This document shows positions 41,131 to 55,932 of a stretch of DNA of 64,000 bases, piece after piece (the stretch's first letter is position 1; every line of letters starts with the position of its first letter). The notes under the pieces were generated by a model. It worked only from the letters and a program-made list of their open reading frames with translations, did no database searches and was not told the DNA's origin. This DNA comes from Octopus vulgaris (Eukaryota), in NCBI GenBank assembly GCA_951406725.2, contig OX597822.1:16864001-16928000 (forward strand), given 5' to 3'. A program made the translations under genes and the position numbers.

Positions 41131-42350
41131 ATAGGTTATTGTCTCAAACATTAGACTGAGGTAATCGATTTTTTTTAAAAGGAGACAAAAATTCAATGTT
41201 TAAAAATAACATAAGCGATATATTTTCTATGCAGCTCACTATCTGAACGGCTGAATCCACTGCTTGGCTATATTATTTAGAGCAAATGTTGAAAGCAGAA
41301 AGAAAAGAAAAAGGGATGAAATAATCAAGCTTATTTTCATACATATAGGAATCAAATGGCTTTTTAGCATGACCGTGTTTTTTGAAAACACGTGATTTAA
41401 AGGTCTTCAACCCATTCTGTCAGATATTCTTGACAAACGAGGGAAAAATACGTTAGAGGTTTCTATTAGTTTCACTCTGCACATCGCTGCATAATTTGTT
41501 TTCCTCTTGATTGACAATGTAGACGTATCATGGGTTTTGTTGTATTCCTTTATCTTGAGATTGTGACGGTTTTAACTTAGATTCCAAAGAACCCGTTTTA
41601 AATTATGGAGAAACATTTTATGTGCTCTCAGCTGACTAAACATAAATTATGCTACTTAAACTGAAACATGTTTTCACAATTCACAAAAAATAATCCGGAA
41701 ATAATGGCCCGCATCAACAAAAGCAATATTTCCGAGAGAAACTGCAAGCGTTGTTATTTGAAGCGAAACTCCTACCTGCAAAATGTTGTAAATATTCATG
41801 AGATGTCTCGACATTGTACATCTCATGAATATTAATTAGCGTGCGTGACCGACGAAATTAGGAAATCATGGGACGCGAACCACTTTGTAAATGAAGCTAC
41901 TTATCGAATGTGAATGGATTTTGATTTTTAAAAGTTTTCTTACAATAAATTTTGAACGATGTCATGTTTAGCGACATAAAAGTTAATCGAAAATAGAGGC
42001 ATAACAATCGGAAGTAATATCGCTGTCTGCATTTATTTCCATAATGGGAAATTGCCATGGCTGAGACGCGAGTTCAGTGTTGTGTGGATTGCGGCTTAGA
42101 GTAGAAGTGAGATCTGAAGAGCAGTAAATATTGCCTGACACAGGATTTGACAAGCGGCCTAATGCTGTGCTTCTTGGCAGAAGGATAATCATTCTTGTTT
42201 CCTTTCAATAATCCGTTATGAATAAGAGAGCTTCAACATCATTAGAAATAATCCTTATTAATAGTTGAAACGGATTTATTTCAAGACGATTTCTAACTTG
42301 GCTCATTTAACAGCTTCATATCGTGCGACACCGCTAATAATACTGATGAT

Positions 42351-42401
<51 letters not shown>

Positions 42402-42424
42402 AATAATAATAATAATAATAATAA

Positions 42425-42640
42425 TAGTTTCAAATTTTGGCACAGAGCCAGAAGGTTCTGAGGGGAGGGGAAGTCGGTTACATCAACTTCGATATTTGAC
42501 TGGTGCTAATTTTATCGACCCCAAGAGGAGGATATGTACGATGATACGCTTAGAACAGCCAAAACTATTTGTGTGCACATGTGCAAATAACGTTATGCAT
42601 TTTGTCCGGCGTGCTAACGGTTCTGCCAGGTCACCACCTT
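42425..42640 (-). mobile_element. SINE family B copy with (ATT)/(ATG) tail
   Basis: GTTTCAAATTTTGGCACA end; CGGCGTGCTAACGGTTCTGCCAG head. Confidence 0.65.
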
Positions 42641-42853
42641 GGTCATAATGATGATGATGATGATGATGATGATATTAATATGTCTGACCAGTAAACAGAC
42701 TCTTCAAATAAAATAGCTTGGAAAGCCATAACTGAGAATATATACACAAATATATATGCATATATAAATACATATATGTGTGTATGCATGCGTGTATGCG
42801 TGTATGCATGTATGTGCATAGATGTACACACACACATATATACATACATACAT

Positions 42854-42916
<63 letters not shown>

Positions 42917-44609
42917 TACATATATATATGAATACATATATATACGTTGTGTACATATATGTGTATATAGTTATGTATATATGTATTAAAACGTGTTTGT
43001 GTGTGTGTGTAAGATAATTCAGAGATCCACCTGAACAACAAGAATGGCTTTAAGACATTTGTATTCCACCTTCCAGCAACGAATTTCTAATAAAGAGGTT
43101 AAATTTGAAAACTTATTCTTGTAGCTTCCAACAAATTCACAACAACAATATAAATCCAAACATTCAAAACAGCATCTTCATACCTTCGGACAAAACAAAT
43201 TAGTGCGATAAAACCGACAAACACTCTCACACAGACACAACTGACTCCGTTCCCGTAACAGCATATCATTTGCATACAGAACAAAAAAAAAGTACCCAGT
43301 ACATCTTCAGCTTCAACGAATTTAGAAAAGACGAATTTTATCAATCACAATTCCATCAAAATCCTATAACTACAATCAAAATTTCTCATAACCTTACCTG
43401 TAATCTTTAAATCCTTCCCTACGCGATTAAGCCAGATACTCCGAAACAGACATGCTGCTAATATAAACAAGAGCAATGAATCTGCCTTACTCCAACGCTT
43501 CTCATTCGGCCATTCAACAATAACCACAATCAACTTGGTTTGGTGTAGTGGTGTTCTGCTCCTCAATAACTAAACCAATCTTTGTAAAAGCACTCCTTGT
43601 CATAAAAATAAATTAGAAAATCACCTGAAAATAAAGGAGATGATATGACACGGGCAACTTTTGCTTTCCTTTCGAAAAGCTCTATAATTAAGAAGACGAT
43701 AATACGTCTTTCGAGATAAGAACCCGGCTTGAAAACATAGAGTATTACCATGGATACCAAGGAATAACAGACGAAGTTCAGTTCTCGTTAGAGAAAAGGC
43801 GAGAATGGTGAAGGCAACGCAAACAATCAGTTAATCGGGAAACCCTCAATGGTTTGGGTTTGTATACATTGATTTTCTTTTCAGGAAATGATGTTCAGCA
43901 ATATTATTAACATCTTTAGGGCTTTAACAGAACTCATGATCAGTGTCATTAGCAAGACAAACAACAGTTAAAGTTGATTCTTTATCCAAACCAATTTATC
44001 CCGACCCAGATGCAGCAATTGAGCCTGTTGATAATAGCGTTCATTATCCATTTGCTCCTTCTGTTAATCCCCGCTTAGTCATCTCAGACTTCTACGAGTG
44101 GGGTGCAAGGACCTGCGGAACATCATTGTTCTACTAACTGATAAAGACAAGTTATCACTTTTCCCAGTCATCCACATCAACCTCATCTGTCATCTACTCC
44201 AGGTTAAAGAAACGAACCTTCCACGGTGCTAACTTTTAATTTTGTTTTACCTTCTATACTAAATGGTCTTATAAAATATATTCATATTCCTACAATGTAG
44301 GAATATGTATATATTTTATATTTTTGTCATCTTATTCTTGTTTATGGTGTTCAGGGTGCAGGGTATATTTTTCCAACATCATGTACTTACATAACATAAA
44401 CCACCATTTTCGTCTACTTCAGAAAATCGGGTAAAACGGACTCCTGTCCCTTATAAGCACAGTTCAACGAGCAGTCACTGGGTACGTGCATTTCTGCAGC
44501 TAATATAACACGCTGTTCTCTCTCTCTCTCTCTCTCTCTCTTACTTTCACTTTTTTTTTTCCTAGTCAATTATGCAGCATATTTGGCTTGAATGTGTTCG
44601 ATGGATACC

Positions 44610-46110
44610 TCTGCTGCAGAGAAAACTAGCAATTGCGTTTGCATCCAGCTACTTTTCACTGGCTGAACCTTATTCCAGATCCGTCCATTGATGTGCTTCG
44701 AAGCGAACCAAGTCTATGTAGCCTATTTTGCTCGCTTACTATAGTTATTGAGTGAAAAGAATGTGAAAGGGAGAACAGGAAACCTGATACTGTAAGGAAA
44801 ACTGGTGTATGGTTGACCTCATCTCGACATATCAGTCTAACAGATGGGTTCGTTGGGAAGTTAGGCTTATCGTCTTTCAGGTTCATTCAAGGGGTGCTAT
44901 CCTACATAGACTAGGTTTACTTCGAACCACATCAGTGAACGGAACTTGAATAAAGTCGCACAGGCTGCTCACCAATCGAACGTGGCTGCATACAAATGCA
45001 ATTGCTAGTTCTCTATGCAACAGAAACGTACGTGGCACAAAAAAGTTCATGCACACGTCTATATACGCGCATACCTGCACATGTGTATCTACGCACAGCC
45101 ACACACGCGCACAAAAAAGGTTCATACACACGTCTATATACGCACATGCACAAGAAAAAGCAGGGCTAAGGGCAAAATACAGAAAAATGTGTAAAAAATG
45201 TGTAAAAAGTACGCAATAAGAGTAAAACACGTCTATATACGCACATACTTGCATGCACGCACATACACACATCTATATATGCACATATCCGCACACACGC
45301 ACACATCCACACGCGCGCACAAAAAATTCTATATACACGTCTATATACGCACAGAGAAAATGCAGAGTGGAAGGTAGAATACAGAAAAAATATGTGCAAA
45401 AATATGAGTAATAAACCTATAAAACAATATCTCTATAAATATGTAAATATATATATATAAAATATATATAAATATGTCTAAAAATATTTAAGAAATATAA
45501 GTAAAAAGTATAGAGAGATAAAAATCATGTACGTGGACACAATATAGGAAGCAAGTCCTATCTGTAATCTCGAGGGGATCAAAAGCAAATATTTAACCAC
45601 ATATGGACACGATGCGAAAAGTTGAGTTCTTGAATTTAGACATGTGGCGGGACTAAGCTGCTTTACCAGATGAGCCATCTTTCCATATCACAAAAGACCG
45701 CACTTTCCACTGCCGTTGGTGTAGGGCTTACACTTGGCTAAGATCTTCCAATGGATGTTGTAACTGACATCTTTATGTTTTAGGGACCATATATGACTGG
45801 ATAATTTGGTCGTTTTCCTTTTATCCCAGTGCCTGAGCTTGAAATTACCCTCTGTAAGGCTCACGTATTTCTTCGTCAAAACCGTGTCCTTAGTGGATAT
45901 AGAGTCCACTTTTTGTGCGCGTGCGTGGCTGTGCGTAGATAGACGTGTGTATGTGCGTGCATACGAGTATGAGCGCATATAGACGTGTTTTACTCTTACT
46001 GCTTATTTTTTTACACTTCTTTACACATTTTTCTGTATTTTGCCTTTAGCCCTGCTTTTTCTTGTGCATGTACGAATATAGACGTGTGCATGAACCTTTT
46101 TGTGCGTGTG
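44610..46110 (-). mobile_element. Rearranged Penelope-like remnants with two inverted-repeat pairs
   Basis: LKDDKPNFPTNPSVRLIC (RT) at 44820-44885; YVSLTEGNFK..LSSHIWSLK..IHWKIL..C..LNSR (GIY-YIG C-terminus) at 45580-45900; inverted repeats 44615-45020 and 45108-45237 / 45977-46105. Confidence 0.75.
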
Positions 46111-46374
46111 TGTGTGTGCGCGGGCGTGAATGCGGGTATGTGTATATTTTTTGGCGAATGTGTGGGTGAGCATGTGTGTGTCTCAAGTGAGGATGGATGA
46201 GTATATACATATAGGTGCATGTACGTGGGTGTGCGGGTGCGCATGTATGTGTATGGACAATAGCGCTTACGCGTTTACTATGAACATTTTTACTCCCTTA
46301 CTTTTACTCCCTCACATATTATATTTACAAATATATATATATATATATATATATCAGTGACAGGCACTCTATAA

Positions 46375-46605
46375 GGGCGGCGAGCTAGCAACATCGTTAG
46401 CACGGCGGGCGAAATGCTTAGAGGTGTTTCGTCTGCCGTTACATTCTGTGTTCAAATTCCGCCGAGGTAGACTTTGCTTTTCAACCTTTCGGGGTCGATG
46501 AAATAAGTACCAGTTACGCACTGGAGTCGATGTAATCGACTTAATCCCTTTGTCTGTCATTGTTTGTCCACTCTATGTTTATCCCCCTGGGGGCAATGAA
46601 GAAAT
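46375..46605 (+). mobile_element. SINE family B full copy
   Basis: GGCGGCGAGCTAGCA...GTTCAAATTCCGCCGAGG...GGGCAATGAAGAAATA. Confidence 0.85.
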
Positions 46606-48022
46606 ATATATGTGTGTGTGTGTGGACTCTTGGTGATTTTTTTCCTCCTTCTTCCTTTTCTTTTGGACATTCAGCTGTCTCCTGTTTCCGAAGAAGAGCT
46701 TTGCTCGAAACGCAAAACAACCATTCTTTGTTTCCTTCTCTGAGCGTTTTATTTATTATTTGCATGTACCACGTCCTTGCGTTATTCTTCTTTTCCCTTA
46801 TTGTCTTTTTTCTCTGTTTTTTTTTTATTAATTGTTATATATATATATATATATGTTCTCATCCAAGAGGGAGACGAGGACCAACGTTCAATGTGGTATG
46901 CTTGATATTGCTGAGGGATTTCTCTGTGCATGAAACCAGTAATGGTTGCCTTGTTAACCCACAAATAAAGAACATTTATCCAACACTCACCCTCACTGTT
47001 CGTATGTATGCGTGTGAATCTGTGTATACGTACATACATATATATATACATTCTAGAGCATTCTTCTCTATTAAACTGTAAGTTCATAATAAGCCTGAGT
47101 CTGTCTATTCATGAATACAAAAAAAAAGGTGCTGAGAGTTGGATTTTTCAACTGTTTAAAGTAAATAAAATATATGTGCGCATGCGTGTAAATTATATTG
47201 AAATTTTACTTTTTTGATTATTATGTTTGCTAGTGACAATACGGAAATAAAGTATTATTAATCTCATTCTTCTCTCTCTTTCTCTCTCTCACTCACTCTC
47301 TCTCTCTCACTCTCTATCTATCTATTTATCTATCTATCTGCCTGTCTCTTTTTCTCTCTTTTCCCTTGTGCTTTCATCAAAAGCAGGATGCTGTTGATTT
47401 CCGCTTAGTTATATAATAAAAAATGTATTTTTTAAAAAAGATAGGAACACGCATGCGCGCCTAAGCGTGTTTTCTGGTTTAGTTTTGTTTGTTTTTCATT
47501 TGTCTTTTTGTTGTTGTTGTTTTTCTTTTTCTTCTCGTGTCTCTTTCGCACACTGTATTGATGAAAATGGCTACAGGGGTTAAAACGGAACCATTGATAT
47601 ACAACCAAGCTCTCTATCGATTGATTTATTATCAGCATCCGAAATCTATGCTACTACAAAGATGCCAGATATGAAATTCTTATTGCCGTAAGCATAACAA
47701 GAATTTCGATACTGAAGACCAAAATGGAGCGGCGTGGAGGTAGGGTCGATGCAGCGGCGGCGGCGGTGGGGACGATGTGCCGGCGCGTCGGCGTGGCGGC
47801 GTGGCAGCGTAGCGGTGTGGCGGCGTAGTTTAAGAATTGAAATAAAATATGGGTGAGAGGACAGGAGGTGTGTGTGATGTAGGGGCGAGAAGATGTGATA
47901 CGTTTCTTGTTTGTGAGAAGATGGAAGATGCATAAGTGGTTTGTGGGTCAGAAAATGGGTGTGGAGTGTACTTTGTATACATTATATATATATGTGTGTG
48001 TGTATGTGTATGTATGGATGTA

Positions 48023-48085
<63 letters not shown>

Positions 48086-48206
48086 ATATATATATATATA
48101 TATATATATCGAGAGAGAGGGAGAGATCTATATATATATATATATATATATATGTTTGTATGTATATGCATATGTATATGTATGTATATCTATCTATCTA
48201 TCTATC

Positions 48207-48268
<62 letters not shown>

Positions 48269-48272
48269 GATA

Positions 48273-48312
<40 letters not shown>

Positions 48313-48681
48313 TTCGTGTGGGTGGGTGTTAAGTGTGATAATCACAATAATGAGATAAAAATTATCAATAACAATTATTATTATCATCAATATTGTACCC
48401 ATTTATTACTGGAAACATCATCACCACCACCAGCGCCACTACCACCATTTTATCACCACCACCACCACCACCACCACTAACGTCGTCGTCATTATTATTG
48501 CCAACGTCGGCGGCGGCGGCGGCGGCGGCAATGACATCGACGTTGACACCGCCATTTGCAAACTGCAGCTGCAAAAATATTTTAAGAATAAAAATAGTAA
48601 GGAATCTTCTGCCAGATTCCAGTATCATAAATACCAGTTCTAGTCTTCCTAGTGTCGTGGCCATTATAGTGGGCGTCGGCG

Positions 48682-48762
<81 letters not shown>

Positions 48763-49063
48763 CCACCACCACTACCATCACCATCACCACTATCATCACC
48801 ATCATCATCGTCGTCGACATCACCACTGCCATCATCATCATCATCATCATCGCTACCGCTACCAAAAGCGCCATTTTCACCGCCACCGTCGCCATCTTAT
48901 TACTATTTCCATTTCACTTCTCAGAGCTCTTCATTTCATTTTCTCCGCCTTATTCTGTAAGGGAGGACAACTACCTGCTGTCAAGGATCTCACACTATTT
49001 CCAGCAGCAGCAGCAGTAGAAGTAGCAGTAGCAGCAGCAGCAGTAGTAGCAGTAGCAGTAGCA

Positions 49064-49132
<69 letters not shown>

Positions 49133-51323
49133 ACGACCTGGCAGAACCTTTAGGATGCCGGACAAATACCACCTGAGTCGACTTTACCTCTCATTATTAT
49201 TGGGGTCGATAAAATAAACACTAGCTAAGCACAGGGGTCGAAGCAATCGATAACCACCACCCCCCTTGAAATGTCAGGCCTTGTGCCAAAATTTGAAACC
49301 ACCATCATCATCATCTCCATACCATCCGTCTCCTCTACCATATTTACCATCACAACCACCAGTCAACAGTGTTGTGTCTGTAATCACATCTTTAAGCCAT
49401 TAATTTCATCAACACCTACCGAAACGCTGATTTGTTTTTCTCACATTAAAATAATTAATAAATATTATCAGCAGGAACACAAACTTCTACCACCACCACT
49501 GCCACCGCCCCTCTATCACTACTACCATCACCACCTCCATCACCACTACCGTTTCCATTATTAACACCACCACCATCAGCATCATTCCCATCATAACGCA
49601 TCAGTCATTAACCATCAGCCCTGCCACCACCAACATATATATATATCACTGTTACTATCTCGAGCTGTGAAGCTCACTCTCGGCAATGTTGCTTTTGATG
49701 GTAGACCGACCCGGTTGTGGTTGACCGAGGGCTTAAAATTCTGCGACTTCCATCGCCACAAACATTGAGAATCACCAAAGCACAGCAACAAGCAGTGCCA
49801 AATGTAGACATGGTAAGGTCTTAAAGCAACGCTTATAAGGCTTAGGGGTTCCGAGGTGAAAAATTCCATCAAAAGGGCGCACAAAAATTAGAAAACATTA
49901 ATAAATTCATCCATCGAACATTAATAAATTCATCATTATCTCTGCCCTCATTATCTCTGAGAGGGTCGTAGGAGTCAGAATACTAGGAATCCTCATCACA
50001 ACAATTCTATAAGAAAGCAACCGTCATTGGATTTCCCGACTCGATTCCCAAACACGACCAGCTGAGACCGTTAAGATTTTCCCACCGTCTTATGCTTAGT
50101 CGCACGTGACACCTCATAGGGGTCTCTGTCATTGGTGGAAGGAAGGGTGGACGTAATCCTAAATGAGGGCCAGACATTTCACCCGAATTAATACAGCAGT
50201 GAGAAATCCTGCTAAATGTACGCAAGTGCCATGTGGTTCTTTTGTATATTTAGCAGGGGTCCATATTTACCACATGTGACATTTAACTGGGTGGGGGATT
50301 ATGTCTACCTGGGAATAAAGAACAAAACCTACATCACAACCACAACCACCTGCATAACAACCACCACTACCACCACCACCGCTTTTCAGGAGGAGTGGTC
50401 ATTTATATGATACGGTAAAAGGGGGAACCGGACCCAAAGAGTTATAGGACTCGACACAGTTATATCGAGGAGGACTTACTTTAATGTTAGCTAATGGAAT
50501 GACGAAAATGCGAGAACACTTACTGGTAAATCTTGATGTTCAATACTTCTGCAATATGTCCGTCCCGCGCCTCGAAGTTCAAGAGGCTGAGTTTACCTGG
50601 ACTCCAGATTTTGAAGTTGTTTAGGCTGAGAGTGCAAAAGCCTCTCACACCTGAATGGTGTGCCAGCCTGTTGAAGGGGTTACAACGGTGCCAATAGAAC
50701 TCTGTTTTCAATTTTTCTCTTTCGTGAAAAAGCCCTGTCAAATTTGAAACAGGTCAATATAAGTTCAAGTCCGTTATAAACCGTAAAATACGTTTCCACG
50801 CATGCTGGTTCACCACACAGTACAATCGTCCATGAAACTGGAAACTAAATAACAACAACAAAAAAGAAAAAAGACTAACCAACAAAAAAGAAGAAATTGT
50901 TGTTGCTTAGCTTCGGGTCATTTCTGAACAAAAAGATTTTACATCAAAGGCATTCTATTTGCGAATGTATTTTTATTATTATCTAGAACTACATTTTTTT
51001 AATGTGTTCTTTCCTCCTGTAAAGCAGTAGGGTAGTGGGTCTCAAACGGAGCGCCGCAAGACATATCAAGACTAAGAGCGAACTTAAAGCAAAATATAAT
51101 TAAAAGTTTTCTGGAAATCCATAATAATGTTTGAGTGTCTTCAAAAACCGCTGGGATTGACTTCCCACTTTCATCTTTCTGGTGTTGATAACACATCGAT
51201 CCCGAATCACCCAAAGGAACCTCCTCAGTCGAGTTCCCAACCAGGCAACACACATGTCGATGTGACTCAGGATATTTATTTCTTTATTCATTATTCATGC
51301 TACTCTGGGAATTATAGTCAAGA

Positions 51324-51678
51324 TGGCGAGTTGGCAGAATCGCAAGACCGCCTCGTCGAATGGCTTCTACAATTCGTTCCAGTTTCTCTCCACTCTGAGT
51401 TCTAATACAACTGAGGAGTCACAGCTCCGTTTCATCTTTTCATTATACACAAGTACAATTCTTGGTTCCAAATTTTGGCACAAGGCCAGCAATTTCGGGG
51501 GAAGGAGGAGGAGGTCGATTACATAGACCCCAGTTTTCAGCTGGTACTTATTTTATCAGCCTCCAAAGATTGAAAGGTAAAGTCGACCTCGGCGGAATTT
51601 GAACACAGAACTAAAATGGAAGAAATGCCGCTAAGCATTTCGCCCGGTGTGCTAACGATTCTGCCAGCTCTCTGCCTT
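51324..51678. mobile_element. Convergent pair of SINE family B copies (51324-51445 +, 51464-51678 -)
   Basis: Family head and core motifs on opposite strands. Confidence 0.7.
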
Positions 51679-52093
51679 CTGCACCTAAAGGGGAAACAGT
51701 TACAAGAAGTAAATGAGTGAGTTTAGAGAGATAAACTGTAATACTTGAAAGGACTTAGCGCTCCATAAGACTGGAACTGGTTTGGATTTTCAAAGCGTTT
51801 GGGTTAAGAGAACAAATCTTCCTACCTAAACAGGGTGTTAATCTATAAAGGAGTTCAAGCCTAGGTGTAACCGGTATTCGTTTTCAGCCAAGTATACTGG
51901 AGCAACATGAGATGGCATGCCTTGCTCAAAGACACTATGCTCCACCCTGTTCAAGAACCCACGATATAACGACCGTGAACCCAACCCACTAACCACTAAA
52001 ACCACGCTTTTTCACACTCTTATAAGTGACAGGTGAGTATTCTGTGAACCACTGAAAATTTTGGGACGGGGTTAACAACCGTTGTATAGCAAT

Positions 52094-52113
52094 CCTAGCG
52101 CCTCCTGGCGGCA
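52094..52113 (-). promoter_or_regulatory. Candidate CTCF-binding motif
   Basis: Reverse complement TGCCGCCAGGAGGCGCTAGG fits the CCRSYAGRKGGCGCT-like consensus with one mismatch. Confidence 0.35.
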
Positions 52114-52468
52114 TGCTAGAATCTACGCTTAATAGCCATTGGTTGACAAGGAAAAGCGATGGTGTCGGTGTCTGGGCATAAAAAAACCATGCTCTTCTTT
52201 GCCACACATGTTATAACAAACATCATACTGTATTATTACACGACAAACAATTAGTTAAGAACCAGATTGACGAGGTAGAGTGAAACAGTGATGGTATTTG
52301 TTTTATAGTCAATGAAATTTAATTTATTGTTAGTTAAAATAAGAGTGAGTGGTGAATTCATGTTTACATTGAAGCAAAGTGAAATGTGTGGAGATTAAAA
52401 ACAAAATCACTCAGAAAAAAAAACAAGAGCATATGTGAAAGAAAAGAAAAACTGGATTCTCGTTTTCT

Positions 52469-52529
<61 letters not shown>

Positions 52530-53040
52530 TTTTTTTTTGGGGGGGGTGGCTTTTTAATCTTTTATATGTAATCTTTACATCTGCACGTTTCACTATTTTT
52601 ATAGTTCTTTCAGATAAATTTAATTAACTGGATCCGAATTCAAGGAAGCGGAACTAAATTGTCCAGAGTGAATTAGCGTTGTGCTGCCTTTTACGTCGTC
52701 TTCACATTCTAACAGCTTTTTGAAAGGAATCAATGACGTTCTGTAAAGAGAGAACGAGAGACAGGGCGACAGAGAGGGAGAGAAAGAGAGAGAGAGAGAG
52801 AAGGGAGAAGAGCAAGGGGAAGGTGAAAGACAACACGCATGTACACAAACACACACACAGAAGCACCACACACACACACAAGCGCATACCTGCTGACACG
52901 CGGAAAGGTGTTATATGTGAGTGTTTATATGCATATATACATTTTTATATGTACATACATGTCTGTGTATATATATGCCTTCTTGTGCATGTGCACGAAA
53001 GCACTATGTGTAATCATTAATATGCGTGTGCATATGTGTA

Positions 53041-53106
<66 letters not shown>

Positions 53107-53195
53107 TGTATGTATGTATGTATTGGTATATACATATGCGTATGTGTATGCCTTGTGCGTACATGTGTGAGAGAGACGGAATTAGGAAAAAGTGT

Positions 53196-53248
<53 letters not shown>

Positions 53249-54096
53249 GTATTTCACGCTTTTTCTCATCATTGCAGCGTGAAGTCGCATGGTCTTGTGG
53301 TTAGGGTGTTGTACTCACAACCGTAAGTTTGTGGTTTCGATTCCTGGGCTGGGCGGTGTTTCCATTTGGGGGTAAAACAAGGCAAATATTCATGATTATG
53401 CAAGGACCCTCTTTTTCACTTTCTGTGCTCTTTTGTATGAAGAAATGGGTCAGTTGAGTAGATCTAGACAGTGGAAATTATTGACTGACCGAGTTCCTTT
53501 GGACAGCACGTACATTTATGCAAATTTATGCAAATTAACTAAGCCATAAATGTCCTCTACTCGTTTATGTATGTCTAAGTGCCTCGTCTATTGACAATAA
53601 AACAGTGCAAATGCTGTGCGTGTATCCTCAGCTGTCTTGTCTTGAGACAAGCAGAAATACTTTTCTTTGATGGAATAATCACTTTTGGACAACTGGTGAT
53701 TTGTGAGATTATCTCCCCTTAGCTTTTGTTAAAGTACGTCTCCAGGGGAAAGTCACTCTGACAATAGCTTGCCTTGGTTTGTCTCTGGAACATATGAGAG
53801 AGTCTGTGAGGTGCTGTGCAAGTCTTATTGGACTTAGAATTTTAGGTTGTGCAATCACCGCCGTGGCGACTATCCGTTGTCCTCCGGGAAGGAGGGTGCC
53901 GCTGCGAGCATAGAACCCGGGTGAAGCCGAATGTTGGTGCAATAACCTCATGCAAGGGCATTACTGGCATTTTGCATGCACGATGGTCAGAGATGGTCTT
54001 CCTCGGTCACGAATGGACAACCATAACATACACACATACAGATCATTACATTAATATGCATGCACATATATACCTGAATATGTATATGCATATACG

Positions 54097-54139
<43 letters not shown>

Positions 54140-54537
54140 CTATATATATATATATGTATGTATGTATGTATATATGTATGTATATATGTTATGCATGTAT
54201 TTATATATGTATTTATATGTATGTATATGCATATATATATATATATCTTTACGTTTATATGCATGCACATGCATATACATACATAAACAAACTTTCAAAT
54301 AGACAGACAGATGAGAGAAATTTATATATATACATATATACATACCCACACGCTTATAGAAAGGAACCTGCATCAGTATACATACATGCAGATATGCACA
54401 CACACACACATATATACATATGTGTGTGTCTGTCTGTGGAATATCTGCCGCTGACTAAATGTATACCTACACATCATTACACTAATATGCACACGCATAT
54501 ATAATTACATACATATAGATAGATATATATATACACA

Positions 54538-54582
<45 letters not shown>

Positions 54583-55292
54583 TCACGTGCTCACACACTC
54601 ATACTTGGTGTAATTTGCTAGAGGCATTGTTAACCAAATGTAAGGATGCAAAAGCCAAAACAATGCTGTGGAAGAAGAAATAAATGAAACGTTCGTCGAT
54701 TTTTCCACAAATTTCCTAAAACGAAATGCAATAACACAGAATTAGAAACGGTGGGGGAAAACCCGGTCTATGAAGTGAAAGTTGGACTCATTGTTTTCTG
54801 TTGTTTAGTTATATCACTTTAACTTCCTTGTTCAAATCTCGTTCGGGCCAGTGTCGTTAGCGTATTCGTCTCAAACCACCAAAAAAGACCCTCCTGGGCC
54901 TAATTTTACAGTCGGACAACAGAAATACTGGAGTGGCTGCATATAGTTATTTCTTTATTTATTACCCATTTTGTATTGTTGCTCTGGAAATTTAAGCTTA
55001 ATTAAAATATAGTTTGTTTTTAAAATAAAAAAGTTAATTATACTTAAATTCAATTTTTTCCCTTCCTTATATTTTTTGGCAAGTATTTTTCCTCACAACT
55101 TTTTTATACAAATTTTTGCTGCTTGGGACTAAAACTATGAAATTCTTCACGCTTTCTTCTATCATTGAAGCTAAGATAAATATATTTTGCTTTTAAAATA
55201 AAAAAAAAAGCAAAGTATTCATTTAGAAATACTAAGCGCACCAGCTAACTGCGAGTAGGCATGTATCTGATTATTTCCAAAAATGGGGATTG

Positions 55293-55363
<71 letters not shown>

Positions 55364-55373
55364 GTGTACATGT

Positions 55374-55428
<55 letters not shown>

Positions 55429-55435
55429 CGTGCAC

Positions 55436-55469
<34 letters not shown>

Positions 55470-55511
55470 CCACACGTGTACATACAAACACACGCACATA
55501 TATATTGGTTT

Positions 55512-55932
55512 AGGCGGCGAGCTGGCAGACACGTTAGCGCGCCGGGCGAAATGCTTAGCGGTATTTCGTCTGTCGTTACGTTCTGAGTTCAAATTCCGCC
55601 CAGGTCGACTTTGCCTTTCATCCTTTCAGGGTCGATAGATAAAGTACCAGTTTCGCACTGGGGTCGATGTAATCGACTTAATCTCTTTGTCTGTCCTCTC
55701 TATGTTTAGCCCCTTGTGGGCAATAAAGAAATATATATTGGTTTCAAATTTGACACAAGGTCAACAATTTCAGAGGAGGGGTTAAGTCGATAACATCGAC
55801 CCCAGGGCTCGACTAATTCTTATTTGACCCGAAAGAACAAAAGTCAGAGTCGACCTCAGCAGTATTTGAACTTAGAACGAAATGCCGCCAAGTATTTTTT
55901 TTCCGGCTAACCACTCTTCTAGTTCGCCACCT
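55512..55932. mobile_element. Tail-to-tail SINE family B pair (55512-55731 +, 55736-55932 -)
   Basis: Intact plus-strand copy immediately followed by an older minus-strand copy. Confidence 0.8.

Noticed and set aside
41791-41833. Perfect 16-bp hairpin AATATTCATGAGATGT / ACATCTCATGAATATT
   Set aside because: Too short for a pre-miRNA; typical of a local template-switch inversion
43100-44220. Possible decayed RT on the minus strand (similar hints at 12560-12950, 22600-22920, 33780-34950 and 49660-50800)
   Set aside because: Motifs too eroded to assign by eye
48365-49019. 176-aa and 208-aa ORFs in a GC-richer patch
   Set aside because: Composed mostly of mixed trinucleotide repeats; no domain or convincing splice structure
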